A stretch of 64,000 nt of DNA from an uncultured Acidimicrobiia bacterium (GTDB lineage Bacteria; Actinomycetota; Acidimicrobiia; Spongiisociales; ZC4RG35): assembly GCA_963744905.1 (NCBI GenBank), contig CAVUUV010000003.1, positions 513,503-577,502 of the forward strand, given 5' to 3'. Position 1 is the first letter of the stretch. Each line of letters starts with the position of its first letter. The notes below the pieces were generated by a model that did no database searches, had not been told where the DNA came from, and saw only the letters and a program-made list of their open reading frames with translations. A program made the position numbers and the translations under genes. Of the stretch, positions 9,647-16,674 are shown piece by piece.

Positions 9647-10402
9647 ATGACCGCGATCGACACCGCCAGACCAGGACCGGCAACTGAGTCGGCTGAACCG
9701 GATCCAAGGTGGCGAAGGTTCTACACCATCGGAGGAATCTGCGCGGCTCTATACGTACTCGTCGCCATCTTCATTCCGGGTGTTATGGCCGCCGCCGTCA
9801 GCGACTTCTGGGACATCCTCGTCGACCCGCCTGCGCTGCTCGCCTTCATCGGCGACAACAAGCTGTACTGGCACATCGTCCAGGGAGGAGTCCTCGAAGC
9901 CAGCATCCTCCTGATCATCACCTTCGCCGCGCTCTATCTGACCTTGAAGCAAGTCGACCGGGTCTTTGCGGCCATCGGGGCGATCATCTCGATCACGACA
10001 CAACTCCTGTTCATGGCCTACTACCCGGTCCTGTTGGGTCTGGTCTACCTCAGCGACCAGTATGCAACGGCAGATGCAGCCCGCCAGGCCAGCCTGGAAT
10101 CGTCCGCCGAGGCGCTGATCGCGCAGAACAGCGCCTTCAACCCGACCTACGAGGCCTTGATGGGACTCGGGATCCTGTTCCTCTCCCTGGCCATGCTCAA
10201 AGGCGTCTTCCCCAGATTCGTCGCCTACCTCGGCATAGCGACCTGCGCCGCCGCCTTCGTCGGCCTATCCCTCTACCCGATCGTGGGACTCGGCTACTTC
10301 TTGTGGTGGGCCTTCGCCATCGCCTGGCTCCTCGCCGTCGGATGGCAGCTGTACAAGCTGGGGAGAACGCGTGAGACGGCCGGCCGCTCCGCCTCAGGCT
10401 GA
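9647..10402 (+). CDS. DUF4386-like multi-pass membrane protein
   Basis: 251-aa hydrophobic protein with the same topology and N-terminal motif as the ORF at 5508-6341. Confidence 0.5.
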   Translation: MTAIDTARPGPATESAEPDPRWRRFYTIGGICAALYVLVAIFIPGVMAAAVSDFWDILVDPPALLAFIGDNKLYWHIVQGGVLEASILLIITFAALYLTLKQVDRVFAAIGAIISITTQLLFMAYYPVLLGLVYLSDQYATADAARQASLESSAEALIAQNSAFNPTYEALMGLGILFLSLAMLKGVFPRFVAYLGIATCAAAFVGLSLYPIVGLGYFLWWAFAIAWLLAVGWQLYKLGRTRETAGRSASG

Positions 10403-10490
10403 GGCGCAGACGCCGGTAGAGGCGGGGTAGACGAACCGCATAACACGGCAGAATCCCCGGTCCACAATTCGCTGACCAGGGCTTTCAGTA

Positions 10491-10545
10491 GCGGGGACGC
10501 GACTTGAACCCTGACCTTCGGGCTATGAGCCCGAGTCCAGGGCAT
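10491..10545 (-). other. Degenerate copy of the 3' half of initiator tRNA-Met (about 45 of 51 nt identical to the anticodon-to-acceptor region of the tRNA at 13086-13162)
   Basis: Reverse complement reads ...TCGGGCTCATAGCCCGAAGGTCAGGGTTCAAGTCGCGTCCCCGCT. The T-stem no longer pairs and no 5' half is present. Confidence 0.35.
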
Positions 10546-10724
10546 CAGATGAGCAGGCGAAACTCGCGAAACGTCTGCTCAGATAGCGTTCTTGGTTCGC
10601 GTCAGTTCGCGTTCTTGACTGTCCCATCGCTGACATCACGATCGAGTTGAGGCGATCACAGCGCGTCTGCCGACCGGGTCGACTTCGGAGTCCCCGGATG
10701 GGCATTCATGAGACGGGAGGCGCA

Positions 10725-11210
10725 TTGAACCTCGACGAAGTCATGGCGACGCTCAAGGGCTCAGCAACGAGAAGACGCGCTCGCAGAACGCGAAGCGTGG
10801 CTTCGACGGCGCCCCGTTCGAAGTCAAGAGCGGGAACATCCGCAAGCTCGCGAACAAGGTCAAGCCGGATCACGAGCCAGCGCTGCAGCTTTTGGAGACG
10901 GCAACATCGACGTGCAGCTCCTTGCAATCCTGCCGATGAAGCCGAGGAAGCTCTCCGCCGAGGATGTGGACCGATGGTCAGGTCAACCGACGTCACTCAG
11001 TTATCGGAAGGTCTCTCGTCGTACTGGGAGATGGTCGGCGACTGCCCTCACTCGATGTCGCCCTGGATGCTGGGTGCGCATGTCATGGCTGAGATCGATC
11101 GCCACCACCCGACATCCGTGAGCTTCGAGCAACCGGCCTATCGAGCCGGTTCCTGCGGCGACATCGAGGACGAGGCTGTCAGATGCCAGCTTGTATCCCA
11201 CCAACCATGA
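10725..11210 (+). pseudogene. DNA alkylation repair enzyme (pfam08713-like HEAT-repeat glycosylase) pseudogene with at least two frameshifts
   Basis: Family-like peptide runs across three reading frames: LNLDEVMATLKG | LSNEKTRSQNAKRGFDGAPFEVKSGNIRKLANKVKPDHEPALQLLET | GNIDVQLLAILPMKPRKLSAEDVDRWSGQ. The annotated ORFs 10647.. and 10912.. are pieces of it. Confidence 0.5.
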
Positions 11211-11429
11211 GGCGCCGCCAACGCCCATCCTGGCCGAAGCTCAAGACCCGGGCCCAACGCTGATAGTCCCCGGCTATGTCCCGAAACAGCCGCGCCGCGG
11301 TCGCTTCGGGCTCCTCTTTGGAACGAACAGGTTCGATGAGCACATTCTGGTCGGGATACGAGCGAACTCACGGTGGTTCGAAACCAACCGAACCTGAGCG
11401 GATGGGAGCTGTCGAGCCTCTTCAGATGG

Positions 11430-12023
11430 CTAATACTCGGGAAGTGGCTCGGGCTCGACGAGCTCGGAGGGTCCTCGGGTTAGATACTCCTCGTACCGTC
11501 CCTCGTAGCCGAGGAGCCGCCCTATGGGTGTGATCAGGGCCGCCAGGGCACGCTGCACGAACAGCGGCGGTCCGGCGATCGCCATGACATCAGGGAACTC
11601 GTGGGCCATCACCATGATCTGCAAGAAACCGGGTCCCCTGGATCCCGCTTTGCCGTCCTGAAATAGCCCCATGAATTGTCGCCACATCTCCTCGAATCTG
11701 GCCCCGGGGCGAACTTCGACCAGCATGCGGACCTCTTCGCCGCCCACCGGGTGCCAGCCATGACCGGAGTTGGGCGGGACGTGCATGGTCTCGCCGGGTC
11801 CAAGAATCCTTTCTCCCCCGTCGGAAGACCAGGCGCTGACCTTGCCGCGAATGACCGTGAGCGTCTCTGCCATATTGGGGTGGATGTGGCGTGGAGTTCC
11901 CGGCGCGTCTGCCGGCACGTAAAGGTCGGCCACAAGTTCAGCGCCGTCCGTTTCGGCTGTCCCGACTCGTACTACGAGACGTTCGAAAGGATGCTCGTAT
12001 ACCTCACCGCTCCGCATTGCCAC
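11430..12023 (-). CDS. Cupin domain-containing protein
   Basis: 197 aa with cupin motifs (PRHIHPNMAETLTVIRGK...GETMHVPPNSGHGWH). Confidence 0.6.
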   Translation of the reverse strand: MAMRSGEVYEHPFERLVVRVGTAETDGAELVADLYVPADAPGTPRHIHPNMAETLTVIRGKVSAWSSDGGERILGPGETMHVPPNSGHGWHPVGGEEVRMLVEVRPGARFEEMWRQFMGLFQDGKAGSRGPGFLQIMVMAHEFPDVMAIAGPPLFVQRALAALITPIGRLLGYEGRYEEYLTRGPSELVEPEPLPEY

Positions 12024-12078
12024 CGCCGCCCTCCTCTTCTATTCATTCTGCAGGATCTTGAACATAGGTCGAGTCTTT

Positions 12079-12558
12079 CTAGGTCGTGGGCGACGGTCGG
12101 GTGAGGAGCTGTCTGCTGAATGGGGTCAGAGCTGCGGTGAGTAGACCGGCGATCAGCGAGGGGACGCCAATCGTGGTATCTCCGGTTGGTAGGAGGACGA
12201 GACCCCAGCCGGTCAACACGGCGGGGAGGATCCAGATGAGCGTCTTGGCCATCGGGCGTGCACGTTGGACCGCGCCGTAGGCGAGAACCGCCGCATAGAT
12301 TCCGAGGCCGGTCATGGTGACCGCAGCCACACGATCTGGGCCGCCACCATCGAGCTGGGCTGCCGCTTCTGGGTTGGCTGCCGCGAATGAATCCCATCCG
12401 ATACCGGCTGATTCAGCGAAGTTGTCTCGGTCGAATCCCATCAACAGAAGGAACCCGCCCTGGGCGATGATCAGTAGAGCGATGGCGAATGCCGTCCAGG
12501 CGGCGACCGCCTGTGTTTCGGTGCCACGCCGGGCAGGTTTGACTTCTTCATCTGTCAT
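12079..12558 (-). CDS. Hypothetical membrane protein
   Basis: 159 aa with four hydrophobic segments and no recognisable family. Confidence 0.4.
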   Translation of the reverse strand: MTDEEVKPARRGTETQAVAAWTAFAIALLIIAQGGFLLLMGFDRDNFAESAGIGWDSFAAANPEAAAQLDGGGPDRVAAVTMTGLGIYAAVLAYGAVQRARPMAKTLIWILPAVLTGWGLVLLPTGDTTIGVPSLIAGLLTAALTPFSRQLLTRPSPTT

Positions 12559-13056
12559 TTGATCATTTCCGCTCCGCCGCTGACTGGGGTGCCTTCTGTC
12601 TGATGACTGCGAGTCCGAGAACCACCCATGACAGGAAGTAGCCGCCCCGGAACAGGAAGTCGGCGGTCAGTCGGGCTCCCCCACTGCGTTGACCAGCGCG
12701 GTGTGACCGAAGACGAAAGTGAGGGGATATAACACCACGACCAGGGTGGACCGGGACGCAGCCCGCGACCACTCCGACGTCTCTCTCATTCCGATGCCGA
12801 CCAGACCTACGCCTGCCATGATGCGAAACGCCGATGCCTCGGCCCGAGCCTTCGAGATGGCGTCGGTAGGACGTCGAATACGCGGCAGGGGGGTTCGATC
12901 ACAGGGAAGATCCACGCTGTGAGACACGCGAGAACGCGCTGCGCATTCGCGATAGCGGACGATCATGGCGGTCACGGTACTAGAGGCGTCTGACGGAAAC
13001 GGGTGCACATACTGCACGGGCAAATTGTCATCAGTTCGCGCCCTCTCAGAATGCAG

Positions 13057-13082
13057 AAAACCCAGGCGCTGCCTGGGTTTTC
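13057..13082 (-). terminator. Hairpin plus U-tract terminator immediately 3' of the tRNA-fMet
   Basis: AAAACCCAGGC-GCT-GCCTGGGTTTT. On the minus strand the hairpin is followed by TTTTC. Confidence 0.5.
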
Positions 13083-13085
13083 CGA

Positions 13086-13162
<77 letters not shown>

Positions 13163-13220
13163 TCGTTGTGGAACAATCATTGTATCGGCTCTACCGAAGC
13201 TTCAGCAAGGTGGACCCGTC

Positions 13221-13484
13221 TCAGGCCCTCAGCTCTACCCATCGAAGGCCAGCCCAATTCACCCTCAGACCGCTCGGCGTACTGACCGCTACCAATAACA
13301 CGGACTCACATTTGGAGCAGCGCACCACATCTCCAGGGGCGTCACGGAACACCATCGCCGTGGCCAGGGCTGCCACGTTCCCGCAGTTGTCGCAGCATCC
13401 TCGCTGATCGGTCATCTCTCTCCCGAACATGTCATACCAGAGTGCACCGAGACAATTGCCGTCGAGATGGGTGTCGGTCGTCAC
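13221..13484 (-). CDS. DUF6510 family small cysteine-containing protein
   Basis: 87 aa, MFGREMT...CCDNCG...RCSKCESVLLV. Sits directly upstream of the ferredoxin reductase and sulfite-oxidase-like genes, a common partnership. Confidence 0.55.
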   Translation of the reverse strand: MTTDTHLDGNCLGALWYDMFGREMTDQRGCCDNCGNVAALATAMVFRDAPGDVVRCSKCESVLLVAVSTPSGLRVNWAGLRWVELRA

Positions 13485-13488
13485 TGCT

Positions 13489-14238
13489 TCAACCTCCTGA
13501 GGGCCCGAACCGCTCGGTCTTCACCCGACCAGGGTCATGGCCGAGACCGATCAGATGTGTTGCGACGGCTTCGACGAACCCGGTCGGCCCGCACACGAAC
13601 ACGTGCGGTTGCTCGGTCGGCGGCCAGGCCAGCTCCTCCAGCATGGCCCGGTCGACCCGTCCGGCGTAGCCTTCCCAACCGTCGGGCCGGGAGCGGGTCA
13701 GCGTCTCAAAGATCTCCACGGCGTCCCTCTCCACGGCCAGGCGATCCAGCTCGTCCCGATATAGGAGGTCGTCGACCGAGCGAGCCGAAACCAGCAGCCG
13801 GGTCGGTACCTCGGCGCCGGGCTTCTGGGCCCGAACCATCGCCATGAGCGGGACCAGCCCGCTGCCCCCGGCGATCAGTTGGAGTGGGCCACCGACCGAA
13901 GGTTCCCACACGAAGTATCCGCCGATCGGGCCCCGCAGCTCGAAGCGGTCCCGCACCCGGAGCTCCTCGACCAGGAAGGGCGAAACCTCCCCATCGGGCA
14001 CCAGCTCTACTGTGATGGTGATCCGCTCGCCGTCGGCCGGTGTGGCGATCGAATAGCTGCGCTGAGCCTGATAGCCGTCCTCGGCGGTGAGACGGAGGTC
14101 GACGTGTTGGCCGGGCCGGTGTTCGGCCCATCCAGGAACCTGTAGGAGGATGCTGCGGGCGCGGGCCGTCTCCGGTCGGGTCTCCTCGACCTCGGCCACC
14201 AACCAGTTCAGTCGCCCGAGTAACGCTGTTCCCGCCAC
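13489..14238 (-). CDS. Ferredoxin reductase-like FAD/NAD(P)-binding oxidoreductase
   Basis: LGRLNWLVAEVEETRPETARARSILLQVPGW...RSYSIATP...GGSGLVPLMAM.... The likely GTG start at 14238 overlaps the upstream gene by 31 nt (both are minus-strand; the upstream sulfite-oxidase-like gene ends at 14208). The annotated ORF continues to 14679, but that N-terminal 150 aa is not protein-like. Confidence 0.65.
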   Translation of the reverse strand: MAGTALLGRLNWLVAEVEETRPETARARSILLQVPGWAEHRPGQHVDLRLTAEDGYQAQRSYSIATPADGERITITVELVPDGEVSPFLVEELRVRDRFELRGPIGGYFVWEPSVGGPLQLIAGGSGLVPLMAMVRAQKPGAEVPTRLLVSARSVDDLLYRDELDRLAVERDAVEIFETLTRSRPDGWEGYAGRVDRAMLEELAWPPTEQPHVFVCGPTGFVEAVATHLIGLGHDPGRVKTERFGPSGG

Positions 14239-14816
14239 GGATCCCCGTAGTTGTGATAGCCCAGGCTCTCCCAGAACCCGGGTCGGTCCTGGATACGCAG
14301 ATCGAGGCCACGCACCCATTTGGCACTCTTCCAAAAGTACAGATGGGGCACCAGAAGGCGGGCCGGACCACCGTGCTCTGGGGCCAGCGGATGGCCCTCG
14401 TACCGATGGGCCACCCAGGCTCTGCCCCCGGTCAGGTCCGCCAATGGCAGATTCGTCGTGTAGCCACCGTAGGCGTCCACCAGGACGTGGTTTGTACCGG
14501 TCACATCGATGCCGTCCAGAAGGGAGTCGACCGACACCCCCTCCCACGAAGTGTCGAGTTTGGACCACTTGGTGACGCAGTGGATGTCGACGTTCACCTC
14601 TTCGGTCGGCAACATGGTGAACTCCTCCCAGGTCCAATCCGCCGCCTCGGCTCCCGCCGACGTGATCGTGAACCGCCACTCGTCCAGGCTGATCCTCGGT
14701 GTGGGGCCAGCCGAGAGGACCGGGAAGTCCCCGGTTACGTACTGGCCCGGCGGCACACGTTCGGGGGAGGCCTCGGCCCGGCGTCGCCCCCTGAAACCTC
14801 GCGTGACGAAGCTCAT
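14208..14816 (-). CDS. Sulfite oxidase-like molybdopterin oxidoreductase (YedY/MsrP-type Mo-binding domain)
   Basis: 202 aa: ...FTITSAGAEAADWTWEEFTMLPTEEVNVDIHCVTKWSKLDTSWEGVSV... Confidence 0.7.
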   Translation of the reverse strand: MSFVTRGFRGRRRAEASPERVPPGQYVTGDFPVLSAGPTPRISLDEWRFTITSAGAEAADWTWEEFTMLPTEEVNVDIHCVTKWSKLDTSWEGVSVDSLLDGIDVTGTNHVLVDAYGGYTTNLPLADLTGGRAWVAHRYEGHPLAPEHGGPARLLVPHLYFWKSAKWVRGLDLRIQDRPGFWESLGYHNYGDPWREQRYSGD

Positions 14817-14863
14817 CGTCTGGTAGATGCTACGGGGATCGAAGGCTACGTGAGACGAAAAGC

Positions 14864-14894
14864 CGGAGACCCGTCCAGGGGGGACGGGTCTCCG
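14864..14894 (-). terminator. Intrinsic terminator downstream of amt
   Basis: 13-bp perfect stem CGGAGACCCGTCC/GGACGGGTCTCCG with loop AGGGG. On the minus strand a CTTTTCG tract follows. Confidence 0.5.
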
Positions 14895-14933
14895 CTCCCC
14901 TTTGAATACGCCTGAGTCAGAGGAGTGCGAACC

Positions 14934-16343
14934 TCAGGCGTTCTCCCCGACATAACCCATCTGAGCGAACTCGGTCGCATCCAGGCCCAGCTCTTCGTCG
15001 GAATCCGACACCCTCAGCCCGATGGCCGAACGGATGAATCCGAAGATGACGAACGAGGTGAGAGCGGTCCAGGCCACCACCACGACCATGCTGATCAGCT
15101 GGGCGACGATCTGGCCCCCATCGCCTGAGATGAGGCCGCCCACCTCGCCATAGACACCGTTGGCGAAGATGCCCACCGAGAGCAGGCCCCACAGACCGCC
15201 CACCCCGTGGCAGGCAACGGCCCACACCGGGTCGTCCACCTTGAAGCGTCTCTCCAGGACTCCGGCCGCCCAGATAACCAGCCAGCCGGCCACGCCACCG
15301 ATCAAGACCGCCGCCCACGAGTCGACGAAGGCACAGGGGGCGGTGATGGCCACCAGGCCGGCGATGAGCCCCGAGCAGGTCACGGCGATGTCGGCCTTTC
15401 CGGTCCGCACCAGTGAGATGTAGTAAGCCACCACCGCCCCGGCCACGCCGGCCAGGAAGGTGTTGACCGCTATGACCGAGATACGCAGGTCGGTGGCCGC
15501 CAGGGTGCTGCCGGGGTTGAAACCGAACCAGCCGAACATGAGGATCATCGCCCCGATCACCACATAGCCCATGTTGTGGCCCGGGATTGAGTTCGGGGTC
15601 CCATCGGGCTCGAATTTGCCCTTGCGAGGACCAACCATCAGGGCACCGACCAGGGCCGCCACACCTCCCACGGCATGAACCACGCCCGAGCCGGCGAAGT
15701 CGACTGCTCCGGCCCCGAAGGGGAGGGTGGAGAGCCAGCCGCCACCCCACACCCAGTGCCCATAGATGGGATAGATGATGGCGCTGATCAGGAAGCTGTA
15801 GGCCATATAGGCATCGAGGCGGGCCCGCTCGGCCACCGCCCCTGACACGATCGTGGCTGCGGTGGCGGCGAACACCATCTGGAACAGCCACAGCTCGTTG
15901 GTGCCCACGTCGTTGGCGGCTCCACTCAGGAACCAGCCCGACAGGCCGACCAGGGGATTGCCCCGATCTAGACCCGAGGCGGCGTCGGAGCCCCCGAACA
16001 TGAGGGCGAACCCGAAAGCCCAGAAGGCCAGGCCGCACATGCAGAAGTCCATCAGGTTCTTCATGAACACCGAGCCGGCGTTGCGGGACCGGGTGGACCC
16101 GGCCTCGAGCAGGGCGAAACCTGCCTGCATCAGGAACACCAGGAAGGCTGCCACCAGGGTCCAGGTGAAGTTCACCGCGGTGGCGGCGGCGTTGCCGGGA
16201 TCGGTGGCCAGGTCGATGGTGGAGGCGCCGGTCGGGTCCGCCGCCATCGCCAGACCGGCCGGGATCATGCCGATCAACAGCAGGACGAGCGAAGCCCACA
16301 GTCGCTTCGATCTGAGCCAGGATCTGAGGATCGCCTTGTTCAT
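14934..16343 (-). CDS. amt: Ammonium transporter (Amt family)
   Basis: Signal-peptide-like N-terminus MNKAILRSWL...LAMAADP, then Amt signature helices (...LLEAGSTRSRNAGSVFMKNLMDF...), about 11 TM segments. No glnK/PII gene is adjacent. Confidence 0.85.
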   Translation of the reverse strand: MNKAILRSWLRSKRLWASLVLLLIGMIPAGLAMAADPTGASTIDLATDPGNAAATAVNFTWTLVAAFLVFLMQAGFALLEAGSTRSRNAGSVFMKNLMDFCMCGLAFWAFGFALMFGGSDAASGLDRGNPLVGLSGWFLSGAANDVGTNELWLFQMVFAATAATIVSGAVAERARLDAYMAYSFLISAIIYPIYGHWVWGGGWLSTLPFGAGAVDFAGSGVVHAVGGVAALVGALMVGPRKGKFEPDGTPNSIPGHNMGYVVIGAMILMFGWFGFNPGSTLAATDLRISVIAVNTFLAGVAGAVVAYYISLVRTGKADIAVTCSGLIAGLVAITAPCAFVDSWAAVLIGGVAGWLVIWAAGVLERRFKVDDPVWAVACHGVGGLWGLLSVGIFANGVYGEVGGLISGDGGQIVAQLISMVVVVAWTALTSFVIFGFIRSAIGLRVSDSDEELGLDATEFAQMGYVGENA

Positions 16344-16421
16344 GCCAGCTGCCTCCTTCGCGGGGTATGTCACCACGGGAGGTTGGAGCCGATGTGTTTC
16401 GGGAGGATTGCGGACCGGTTA

Positions 16422-16446
16422 CACCTGCGGCAAATGCCGGCAGGTG
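16422..16446. promoter_or_regulatory. 25-bp near-perfect palindrome CACCTGCGGCAAATGCCGGCAGGTG about 80 nt upstream of the amt start
   Basis: Read from the sequence. Candidate operator for a nitrogen-responsive regulator, or a terminator for the small upstream ORF. Confidence 0.3.
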
Positions 16447-16638
16447 TCAGGCGACTCGGGGCAGGTCTGCCTCGACCGACTCATCGCTTTCCAGGAGATC
16501 GTCCCATAGGAGCGACAACAGCGAGAACAGGCCCGCCGCCAATAGCACGATCCCCGCCAGTACCCCGGCGGCGGCCATCACGACGGTCATGAATGTGTCC
16601 ATGTCGACAAGATGCCTGAGGGGTGTGACAGGTTCCAT
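16447..16638 (-). CDS. Possible small single-TM protein with an acidic tail
   Basis: 63-aa ORF, MDTFMTVVMAAAGVLAGIVLLAAGLFSLLSLLWDDLLESDESVEADL, lying between UPF0182 and amt. No family recognised. Confidence 0.25.
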   Translation of the reverse strand: MEPVTPLRHLVDMDTFMTVVMAAAGVLAGIVLLAAGLFSLLSLLWDDLLESDESVEADLPRVA

Positions 16639-16674
16639 CGGGATCTTCCCGGGGAATGCCCGGGGCCGCCCAAC

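Noticed and set aside
10647-11210. 187-aa ORF called as an intact gene
   Set aside because: It is one of three frames carrying pieces of the alkylation-repair pseudogene; most of its own translation is Arg/Ser-rich out-of-frame sequence.
13489-14679. 396-aa ORF as a single ferredoxin reductase
   Set aside because: The N-terminal 150 aa are non-protein-like and overlap the sulfite-oxidase-like gene; trimmed to the GTG at 14238.
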